Assembly: GCF_001194135.2 (NCBI RefSeq)
Contig: NC_068992.1
Coordinates: 2,618,885 to 2,682,884 of the forward strand
Length of the DNA: 64,000 nt
Direction: 5' to 3'
Source of the DNA: Octopus bimaculoides
Taxonomy: Eukaryota
Below, one piece after another: positions 11,121-22,270 of this stretch (the stretch's first letter is position 1; each line of letters opens with the position of its first letter). A model generated the notes under the pieces. It was not told where the DNA came from, searched no databases, and saw nothing but the letters and a program-made list of their open reading frames with translations. The position numbers and the translations under genes were made by a program.

Positions 11121-11204
11121 TAATAATAACTGAAGAAGGTTTACGTAATGGAACCATTTCCTATTATATATCACGCACACCTGAAACACATGTATTAAAT
11201 TATT
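11121..11204 (+). ncRNA. Putative type I hammerhead ribozyme, canonical core, GUA cleavage triplet
   Basis: CTGAAGA 11130-11136; stem II AGGT/ACCT enclosing a TAAT-GGAA/TTCC-ATTA hairpin; GAAA 11183-11186; C-ACAT-GT; A11194 as H17; stem I AATAATAA pairs with TTA(AA)TTATT. Confidence 0.6.
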
Positions 11205-13495
11205 TCAAAAGTCACTATTTTGGTTTGACTTTATTTTTACAACTAATACAACTCAATGCCAGTACAAACTAATCAGTCTTGACTCTACTTATGGTGATAC
11301 TCAAACAACAATTTGAAGTAGTTTGTTATATATGACTCGAGTCGAAAATTTTGGTATTGGGCACCACTTCTTAGCATATCACAAAATATATATTTATATG
11401 TGATATATATATATATTTATATATGTGTGTATTTTTATATAAAATATATATTAGCGTGTAATATATTTTATACTTATTTTTAGACATTTCTTCTTCTGGT
11501 TCATCAGATACATTGACTGCAAAAGATTGCTGCATATATTCTTAACTCTATGCCAAATAATAATAATAATAACTGGTTCTGTTTTCTTATTATATTATTT
11601 CATTTAATGTCAGGAAGTTTTAAATTCCGAACATTACACCAATGAATGCTACTGTAAAACATTCACTAATCCAGCAATGGATTACCTCCTGTGCACCGTT
11701 ACTTCATTTGCCAACCTCTACAGTGTCTCAAGTGGTTTGTATGAATGTAAAAGATGCCGAGATATGCATATTTTGGTAGAGTGTGCTTTGAAGAAGTGTG
11801 CATGTTTTGTTAATGCAAACAGTTGGGAGAATACTGGAATTTTTGTGCTATCTCATCTAGCACAGCTTTTGCCAATAATTTTCAATCTACTTATTGCATA
11901 ACTGCTCTTAAATTAAAATTGATTTATATGCTGCAGATAAATGCGCTCTAAATAGCAGCAGTGGCAACAGATTTTGAGATTACATGGCGGCAACAGAACT
12001 GTTTACCATTCCTGACATGCGTGTATTTGACTCTGAGTTGCAATATTAATCTTCATTACTACCATATAAATTATGGTAGCACCAAATATGTTGTATACAT
12101 CAAACATAAACCATGTTGAAATCATAGGGGGGGAATCCGGGGTTTTTTTTTTTTTTTAGTGACAAAGTAAGATATCTATGTTGTAAGAGTTTTTTATGTA
12201 GAATTGTTTGTTGCAGATTCATACTAACATGCCGCCTGGCCTGTAATCAGAACCAATGTCTAGATTCTATAACAAGACAGTTGAAGATACCTGATGGAAT
12301 TTGATCTGATATTGAACGATTTCAGCCTGTTCCAGGACTTACTCTCAACAGTTAAATTACTAGTGTAGACTAACATGTTCTGTGAGAAAATGCTAGCTGT
12401 GCATTTGAAATCACAACCTATGAACTGGCAATCAGATACATTACCACTTGACATCACGAATTACAGTGAGAGCAATTAGGGCTTTAATTAATACATTTAA
12501 GGTGTGTCTTTGAATCACTTCAAAACTGTTGTTATATTTGACCTTTTTATTTTCATGTAGAAATATCTCTTTTATGTTTTCCTTCTATTTTGATAATTTT
12601 CCATTTCATATGGCATTTTGGTGGAATTTCTTACCATTTTTAAATTGAGGATATTTTTGGACTCTAAAACTCACTCGCTCCATAATTCTCAATTTTTCTT
12701 TATTCTGTCCAACTGTGTTCAATAGTTTAGATATCTCATAAGCCATTAAAGACCATAGAAATCTTTATCAAGTTGAATCATGGGATGTGGTGGGGAAAGA
12801 GAATTTGAGTTTAACAATGTAACGTAATGAAATTGTCATTAATCATTCTGAATTCCAATGGCTAACAGGAGTGAGTGCTATCTCTCCTAACTGAACTAGG
12901 CTATAAAGAATTATATATCTTTTACAATGCCATGTTGACCATGTCATACATAGTATTGACGAAGCAATGTTGAAATGACCAAAATATATAAAACCATTTG
13001 ATTCTTTAAAGGAATCAATTTATTTCATATATATATATTTTTTTTCGTGTGGCACAATTTGCTATTGCATAAATTCTAGTAAAGAAATAAAACCCTTAAC
13101 ACATCAATAATTTAATGTTTGGTCTCATGTCCAAGTGTTAAATATGAAAATTGGTCTCTTCTGTTTACTCTGACCTCTTATATAAAGTTGGTTTATAAGC
13201 AATGTGTTTATGGATAGTTAAAGATGGAACACCAGTGTAAATACGACTGTTACCCTCGTTCTAGCAGTGCACATGCACTACAGACGAATTATTTACAATC
13301 GTGGTATTACATAGCATTAGCCACAGCATCTAAACAGATGTTCTCCTGTACATTTGTATAGTGTAGCAATGAAACAAAGCAGTTCTCAGACGCCAGCCAG
13401 AAACTTGTTCCTTCCTGCATACTTTGATATCTCATCACTCAGCATAGAGTCACCTCCCTCTCTGCTGTACTCTCACTCAGTCGAGGGGGATCTTT

Positions 13496-13645
13496 CACCA
13501 TCACCATCATCATTGTTTAACGTCTGTTTTCCATCCTGGCATGGGTTGGATGGTTTGACAGGGGTTGGCTAGGCAAAAGACCATGCCAAGCTTCACTGTC
13601 TGTTTTGGCAAGGCTTTTACAGCTGGATGCAACTCTTCCTAACAC
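13496..13645 (-). mobile_element. RTE 3' UTR fragment (family C)
   Basis: Reverse complement of GTTAGGAAG...GCATCCAGCTGTA...CCAACCCATGCCAG.ATGGAAAACAGACGTTAAA with a (GAT)n tail. Confidence 0.8.
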
Positions 13646-13687
13646 TTTTAGTTTTGCAAATTATACGGCAACATCACAAGTTTTCAA

Positions 13688-13855
13688 TGCCACAAAAATT
13701 AAAAGCACCCAGTACACTTTGTAAAGTGGTTGGAATTAGGAAGGGCATTCAGCCATAGAAGTCATGCCAAAGCAGACATCGGATGGATCACAATGCAACT
13801 CTCTAACTCAGCATCCAACCAAAAAGGCCAACATAGAAGATGGATGTTAAATGAT
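13688..13855 (+). mobile_element. RTE 3' UTR fragment (family C)
   Basis: AAAAGCACCCAGTACACT...GGTTGGAATTAGGAAGGGCATTCAGCC...GGATGTTAAATGAT. Confidence 0.75.
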
Positions 13856-14313
13856 TAAATTTCATTTTCGTATTTGTTGTAGAAGATTATTTAAATGAAA
13901 TATGAGTTGGAGCAGAATTCACGCAAATGTTTAAATTTTCAGTAAGATCATCTTAACAAGCAATTCTGATGAGAAAAACTGAAAGAAAATATTAAAAAAA
14001 AATAAATATATATATATATATACTCTTGCTTCCAGCAGATGTAAGCCAAACTTGGCCATGCCTAACACATAATTGGAATGGAAAGTGAAGACTTAATTAT
14101 CACCTTAGACTTATAAAGCAAAGTCAAAAGATTCCCTCTTCAGACATATCGGTAAATGGTTGTATTTGCTTTCTTAAAGTAGCATCCAGTTGGCAGAATT
14201 CAGAAGATTCTTTGCTGCATAAATCAAATTCCTTATGTATTAAGCATTTAGCAAATCAGGTAAAATCGAGAGATATCTATATATATGCATAGAGAGAGAG
14301 AGAGAGATGCATG

Positions 14314-14355
<42 letters not shown>

Positions 14356-14753
14356 TTCGTGTGTGTGTGAAATCCAGCACCAAAAGAGGCCTCATGATAG
14401 CAAAGGAGAATGGGCACCAAAGTTTGGGATGGGCTGCACCTGCCTACCTCGGTTGCTATGGCATTGAGGTAGATCCCACCATCTCCTGTCAACAGGGACA
14501 GAACCTGGATTTAAAACTCTGGATGGTGATGATGATGATGATGAGTTTGTTCTAGAACTATCCAGGGAATTACTATCATCACTGGTATGCAAATTCACAA
14601 TCCCATGATTTTTAACTAGTTTGATAAGTGTCAATGCACGAAACTCTCAGCTCTTAAGTCACTTTGTTACTTCTACAAAATATTAATAAAAAGCAATAGG
14701 TATATATTTTGATTTCTATTTTTCCTGTTTGCATCACCAATCACAGACACACA

Positions 14754-14799
<46 letters not shown>

Positions 14800-15378
14800 N
14801 NNNNNNNNNNNNNNNNNNNNNNNNNNNNNNNNNNNNNNNNNNNNNNNNNNNNNNNNNNNNNNNNNNNNNNNNNNNNNNNNNNNNNNNNNNNNNNNNNNNN
14901 NNNNNNNNNNNNNNNNNNNNNNNNNNNNNNNNNNNNNNNNNNNNNNNNNNNNNNNNNNNNNNNNNNNNNNNNNNNNNNNNNNNNNNNNNNNNNNNNNNNN
15001 NNNNNNNNNNNNNNNNNNNNNNNNNNNNNNNNNNNNNNNNNNNNNNNNNNNNNNNNNNNNNNNNNNNNNNNNNNNNNNNNNNNNNNNNNNNNNNNNNNNN
15101 NNNNNNNNNNNNNNNNNNNNNNNNNNNNNNNNNNNNNNNNNNNNNNNNNNNNNNNNNNNNNNNNNNNNNNNNNNNNNNNNNNNNNNNNNNNNNNNNNNNN
15201 NNNNNNNNNNNNNNNNNNATATATAATATAAAATAAAATAAAATAAAAATGAAATATTGAGTGTTCAATATAAAGGATCAAATATATAAATATAAAAATA
15301 TAAATATATAAAGGCGACTCAAGTTTCAGGGCTATTTCCCTTCGTCATGGCCGGTATGACAGACTTTAACAGACTGTG

Positions 15379-15416
<38 letters not shown>

Positions 15417-15577
15417 GATATGAGGAGATTATGTCAGGATGTCTAAAACAAACAGACATGCATTCTGAGTAGGTGTGTCACCAAAATTCCAGTTCAAACA
15501 GTAGTTGAAGTTGTGGTTATGTGATTGCTTTGTTCAAGAATGCTAGAAGTGGCTTCCCTTTGAGTCGATAGGTACAG

Positions 15578-15650
15578 GTTAAAGTTGTGAGGAAAGGCAA
15601 ACAATTAAGCAATTCTTGCCTAATTGTTTACCTTTCCTCACTACTTTAAC
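15578..15650. repeat. 35-bp-arm near-perfect inverted repeat with a 3-nt loop
   Basis: GTTAAAGTTGTGAGGAAAGGCAAACAATTAAGCAA-TTC-TTGCCTAATTGTTTACCTTTCCTCACTACTTTAAC; 32 of 35 positions are complementary. Confidence 0.95.
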
Positions 15651-17035
15651 TTATATATATATATATGCCCATACATAAATACATACACATATTTATATAT
15701 GTATTTGTATATATGCACATATGCATAAATATTTGCATAATTTCTTCAAAGGAACTCATAGCTACAACTGTGTTTGTTTTACCAACATTTTTTTCATTTA
15801 TTTGGTGCTCATTCTGGTTCTTGGTCAATAGCAAATTATTATTGTTGTTGTTATAGAAAATTACACAGAATTTACAAAAAAAGAAAAAGACGTAACACAA
15901 TGAAATAAAATGAATGATTGAAGATGCAGCGTAATGTGTATTGTATCACTGGGTATGGGCTGGGTTTTGAAATGCGTGTAGTTGAGGGAGAGATGATGTA
16001 TGGAAGCCGATTTATGGTTCATTAATCAAAGCAAAGTCTGTTAATATGGAAGAAACTGACAACTATGATGTTGAGGTTTAGCATAGCAAATTGTTTATGG
16101 ATAGGTCTGAAAATATAGTTTGATGGATTCCATCTTCTAAACCCTATGTATGTTCTAGGTGTGTGCTAAGATTGAATACTAATTCCTCTGTTGCCTCGTT
16201 ACTGTCAGGCCTGATTTTTACAGATTACCACCAGCTTTTTATTGTCAACAATGTTCCACAAACTAACTTGCTTGATGGAGAAATATTTTTCAATTTCTAT
16301 TTTTTTCTTTTTAAAATTTTCGTTTTGTGTATATTTTCTGAATACCTAAGTGATTTTTTTATGAAGAGAAAACGAATACAATTTTAAAAGTACATGTGTA
16401 GTGATGTTATAGCTATTTTTAATCATCATCATCATCATTGTCGAAGTAAACTAAGCATTAATGTAAAAATTATCCTCCTTGATACAGACATTTGTCTATA
16501 ACAGATTTTATTTACTTGTCTCTGTGATTCAGGAAATCCCTTGTATAATTATGTATACTTAAATCTGGATGCTCATTGTTCCCCAGGATAACTGTAACTT
16601 GTCTGACTCCTCTACATCTCTTCATTGTAACCATTATCAAGACTCAAACATTGAAAGAGAATCTCAAAGATCAACACACGCATTCTGTACTTCCATCCAT
16701 GGTGTTTGCTGATTATGCTAAATGCCAAACCAAACTACAAGAACAGCCAGTTGCTATTCACAATTTGATTCAGTAATTATTAGTAGCTGATTTTTAAATG
16801 TCCTTACTATGATAGTGGGGGGAGGAGGTGTTGTCTAAATATGAAGTGGTCACCAGTTTAGAAGACGAATGAATGTTACCTCGTTAACAATAAGGTGAAA
16901 CAGAAAGTTGGAAAAATAGATAAGAGAAGTTATTGTTTTCTATTTATGATATGTTTATAGCTAAAAGCTGTGTTGAACATGTTTTTTATGACGACAGAAT
17001 GTTCTACCCATACAGTGGTTTGGTTGGACAGATTT

Positions 17036-17079
<44 letters not shown>

Positions 17080-17439
17080 CTTTCTTTCTTGGCCTGATGG
17101 CAAGAAATTAGCAGATTTGATATAGCATCATAGAAAATATCTCCCTGATGAAGTCCTTTGTAAGTGATCTGAGACTGGTTAAACCAATGTAGTTGATGGT
17201 CTGTCTGAATTTGTAAAATTCAACACTGGTAAAAGTAGACAGGGAGGGAAACATCAAAGGTTTGGAAACATCACTGGGAAACGTTTTTAAGATGAGATCT
17301 GAAGAGAAAAGATACAGGAAGGACTATGATAGGAAGAGAGAGTAGAAGTCTCAAGAAAGTTTGGGTAAAAGTAGTCTAATCTCAAGTCAGTTCTAAGTGA
17401 GCTGAGCCAAGATCAAGCGTGTTGCAATCACATTCATCA

Positions 17440-17590
17440 CATCTTTTCTTTATATGCCAGAAACCAAGGACCAGCATTATCTAATGGTTTTTCTTTTTCT
17501 TTAAGACAGTGTGGTGTGATATGAGGGAGATTTGGCTGCTTGTTCTAGCAGGTCAAGTGTGCACATAGGAATATTTCTACTGGCTCATCC
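17440..17590 (+). repeat. Unclassified interspersed repeat (family H)
   Basis: Shares TCTTTAAGA...GATTTGGCTGCT.GTTCTAGCAGGTC with 3243-3312. Confidence 0.45.
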
Positions 17591-17956
17591 TCTTAAGCAA
17601 CAGAATAATGCTGTCTTACATGTGCCACATTTTAAAAAATAATAAGTTAGCCCTATTTAGAATGCTTCTAATTGTAAGCCGACTGGATCAGAACTGACCT
17701 GGGGTTAAACAACAGCAAACCCCTAACCCCACCCACCCAGGGCTAATGACCAAACAAACTCTAAGTAAGAGACTGATAATAATTATTTAATAATTATTCT
17801 GAAACATTATCTGTTTTTCCTGCTCTCGTCACAGCTGCAATAACTTCATTCTTCACTTCTTGCTGTATTTGTAGCAATGTGACTCTTTTACATTTCTGTT
17901 AGTTTCAGTCCTTTAGCTCTAGCCATGCTGGAGCACCATTACATTTTCTATGTTTC

Positions 17957-18001
<45 letters not shown>

Positions 18002-18978
18002 CATTATTTATTTGTTTGTTTAATGATATTTTAATATTTGAGAAACAATCTTTTTTTAAAACATAAAACTAAAATGTAAAAATAAAAGAAGAAAAGTTTC
18101 ACAGAATATTAAGGAAAACAACAGCAACATCATCAAGAACAACAACAACACTGTTGTCATACAATAGAAAATATCGATAGGCTTTGATGGTTGTTTTTCT
18201 CTCTTGTTTTCAATGTTTCCTCTGTTCAAATCTCATTTGATCTTAAATAAAGCTAACAAAAACACAACAAACACTGCACATTTATTAATATGACAAGTTT
18301 TTCTTTTCTTTTTTTTTGGTGTTTATCAACTTATGTGGACAGAGTGTTTAGTTATGGAAGAATCAACCAATCACTTCTGATGTTTTACATTGATGCTGGC
18401 TGTTGTTGTTTTTCTTTCACACTGATTGTCCAACATCAATTAGCTTGTTATTAATATGCTATTTATTTGCAATGAACATACGCTAAATTAAACCATTATC
18501 AAAACTGATTTGTGTGCGTTTATGGATTGCGTGCCCGTGTCTGTGTGTGTATATGTGCGTGTGTGCATGTGTATGTGTATATATGTGTATGTATATCTCT
18601 GTATATGAGTCTGTGTGTTTCTCTGTGGACATGTGTAGTATTACAGTGTAGGTGATAATTTTGGTGTAGAGCAACTCTGCAGGTAGTGGGTTCAATTCAG
18701 AGGGGTACTTTAATTCTACTTTCACTGTTAACAACTTAACTACTAGCTTTGAAAACAGTTTCACCATTACAACTTCCATTTATATATGCATGTCTAAATG
18801 TTTGTGTGTGCATGAGCATTAGGCTGGGAAATGCAAGTGAACCCAAAGGACAAACTTGTCTTCCCAGAATAGATAGCAGTAGCATCACTCCAACCAGGCA
18901 AACTGACACCAATTAATTCCATCTTAAATGATACCGAATTACAGATGGGTGTCCTGAGCTATTGAGTGCTGTGTGCCT

Positions 18979-19120
18979 TTACATTATTTACATTTGGAAG
19001 TTATTTGTCCTCATCTTGTCTGCTGTTAACACAACATTTCGGCTGATATACTCTTCAGCCTTCATCAGGTGTCTTGAAAAAATTTTGAACCTGAGTTCTC
19101 GTTCCTAAGGTATTTTTTCA

Positions 19121-19155
<35 letters not shown>

Positions 19156-19253
19156 TCACTGCCTGGAATCGAACTCGGAATCTTGGGGTTAGTAGTCCAT
19201 GCTCTTAGCCACTACACCATATGTACATAATTCCTCATCTCTTAAATACAGAG
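18979..19253 (-). mobile_element. Family B copy with its terminal segment inverted at the 5' junction
   Basis: Minus copy 18979-19223 (hammerhead 19028-19073), then ATGTACATAATTCCTCATCTCTTAAATACAGAG (19221-19253), the family B terminus in plus orientation. Confidence 0.9.
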
Positions 19254-20091
19254 TGTCTTTGTCTGGGATTTGTCAATGGAGCTGAAACCTTTGATACTTC
19301 AACTCATAGACCATTACTTTGCAAGTGTCTTCAGCTATGAGCCTCCATGAAGTATCATTAGTCCATGTTTGCTACTTGTTTTAAATTCTTGTTGTTTGTA
19401 AACTAAGGAAACAACTGGAGAAAGTTTATATCATTGATCTTAAATTTCAATCACAGGCGATAAAGTAGACACAGCTGGACTTACCTTCACACCCTAACAT
19501 CACAAACGTCTTTCAGCTAATTTCCTAGATTTTAATTCACAGATTGATTGTATAATACAACTGCTAATACCCAATTCATCACTGTCTTTGTCTCATTCCT
19601 CTATATTTAATTTAATTCTCTTACTGTATTCGACTCCATCAATATCTCTTAACATTTCATATTTTCTTTGCAACTCATATTTTTCTTTATCATCCCTTAA
19701 ACAAAAAAGCGTTTAAAAACTCCATCGAAAAATTAATTTTAAATTCTTTTTACATATTCCAAAATTAATGGCAATAAATAAAATTTAATAAACAAACCAT
19801 TCACTTTTTTTCTTTTGAATTTAGATTTCCTTAGCTCTTAAAAGTTCATCAGGCTGACACTGTGGAACAATTCATTTCTGATAGGGAATTAACTTGTTTG
19901 TTCTTTTTTTGTTTGTTTTCTGTTTTTTGTATGTCACAGATTATCAGAAAGGTACATTAATGTTACAAAGTGGTGAATAGAAATTAAATGAAAAATCATT
20001 TCCATAAACAAAGAGAAAAGAACCAACAATTTTTAATAATTTAATCACCATTTTCTTCAATTTCATTTTTCTCATTTTTTAAAACATTTTA

Positions 20092-20149
<58 letters not shown>

Positions 20150-21099
20150 CATCGACTTCATCAATATTATTAAGCATCAGTCACTCGGAGCTATGGCATG
20201 ACAAGATAACTCATACATCTAAAAGTGTTTTTTTAGAAAATAAAAATTTTGTAAAAAAGTGTAAATATCAATGAATAACAACAAAAGTTGCATGAGAAGC
20301 CATTATCCAAAGTTGTCTTTGAGAAGAACTATTTAATTTCATTTGAGAAGGCAGCCTAATGATAATTTCCATGCTATTTTCCAGTTTAAAACATACTTGC
20401 AACACCTAAAAATGTCGTAATACTATAAAGAACTTCCTCTATTATTGTGTTCATAAAAATTGAACACTTCCTCTATGTTTTGGCATTTCCATCACCTCTA
20501 TTTGCTGGGCGGTTCTCTCCGATGCTCTTATCATAATGTTTATGATTACTTCTACAAAGTATTTCATTTCAGATCAGTAAGTTTTATTAGATATTACTGC
20601 TCATACAACATAGCTAATAATCAAAAAATTACTTGCCTCTCTTTCTATCCAGTTTGTTCGTTTCATTTATTGCTTGGAAATCCAATTTGATATTTGAGAA
20701 GTTAGTGAAAATAGGAAGTCCAAATTAAGAATAACAACAAAAAAAAAATGATGTTTTTTTTGTTTTGTTTTTTCGTTTTTGTTTTTTTTGCCTTGATATC
20801 AGAAATTTTGCTTTTTAGTAAATTACTCAGCAATCTATAATCAAATATAAAACTGAAATCCATTCTATGAAAAATGAAATGCAATAGGAATTTGGGTTGT
20901 ATGTGGAAGAAACTCAAACCAATTGCAATGGAAATACATACACACAGACACACACAGAGACAGACACACCCGCACGCACACACACAAACATATTTACATT
21001 GTAATAAAATTTATTTCAATAATCTATATCTATAATATTAATAGTGTACACAAACACTGACAGCTCCTTGATAAACAATCTCCCTTCTGCTAGCAACTA

Positions 21100-22270
21100 A
21101 TAACAGTCTTCTCCAGAGCTTTCTCTTTTCATAGGGATCTAACCTATCCTTGTCCACAAAAAACATATTTTAATTTATCCAATTTATGAAACTAAGAATA
21201 TTCTCTGACCTACCAACCATCAACCCTACCCCAAACATCCCAAAGACAATGGAAAGAACCATAAGCAAGAACTTCTATCAATTTAGGTTTCTTCCTCTTC
21301 TTATTGACACCAGAAAAGCTTCCAAAAGGCCATAACTGTTGAAGATTTATTCTTCTCCAGCACACATGAATAATTTCTTGCCTAAAGAACATTGGTAAAA
21401 TGCTGCTTCTTAGGACCCTATTAGCTATGAAACCCTTCTAGCTAAGTTGCTCACCTATGAGTTTCTCTACATCTCAATAGTAGGATTGGACTATTCTCTC
21501 AGACGAATCTACTTCGATATACACATTCTAATATTCTTTTATCTCTTTTAGACCATTTTCTGCATATTAATGGCAAAACTTGTAATTTCCAGCAACACTA
21601 ATCAATGATATTTAGAAGATATCACTTTTAAGGACCCCTTTATTATGTGCATACACACTTGTTCTACAGTGAGCTGCTTTCATGAACAGAGACTTTGAAA
21701 GAAATCGTCCCCTTTACCACAGAATATAATAACTTATTCTTACACAAGTGTAACACATATCAACAAATGCTGCTCTACATCTTTGTTTCACATGCTTAGT
21801 ATTCAATTAAACCTCCAATTTCCCTGCAAATACTAATCTCTTTTATGACATGTTATGCTTGTCTTGCATCTAAAATTACATCTCAGACAACAGAAATCGT
21901 TTTAAGGCCCATAAAATAACTCAGCTCTGATTTGTTGTAGAATCTCCGCAAGCAAGACTCACATTTGAGTTCTGCTTCCATATCTGGGTTGCTACTACTG
22001 AAATGCACAGACATTCTAGTCTACATCAAAAAACAAACCATCCAAATGATTGGTAAAGATTTGCTCAACAACAAGCTGAAATCAATAGCTCACAAATGCT
22101 ACCCTCTTTATTCTGTCTTCCCTTCCTGCTGAGACTACAACTACCTCTGCTTCTATGAGTGAGGTGCACCCATTCCAAACCACTTCCCCTAATCTTATCG
22201 TCCATTATTTGTTTCCAATTCATGTTGACTCCTCAGATAGGTCTAAAGGTCGAATTCAACTGCTACAGTC
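21100..22270 (+). mobile_element. Highly decayed CR1-type LINE RT region
   Basis: Broken-frame peptides YETLLAKLLTYEF (from 21426), LTFEFCFHIWV (21958-21990) and MIGKDLLNNKLKSIAHKC (from 22046) follow the order of CR1 motifs LLAKL..YG, LEYCSHIW and RLIG...L.SL.HRR. Confidence 0.6.

Noticed and set aside
14673-15281. Long ORFs (110-280 aa) in the track at 14.7, 29.3, 32.8, 43.3, 51.0, 52.8 and 59.4 kb
   Set aside because: They run through N gaps and microsatellites and are not coding evidence.
16576-16776. ORFs and acceptor-like sites at 12.2, 16.2 and 16.6 kb
   Set aside because: No matching donors, stops in neighbouring frames and no recognisable protein.
17140-17190. CTGATGAAGTCC...GAGACTGGTTAAAC
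   Set aside because: No GAAA core. The adjacent AG...GTAAGT 45-nt 'exon' has stops in all three frames.
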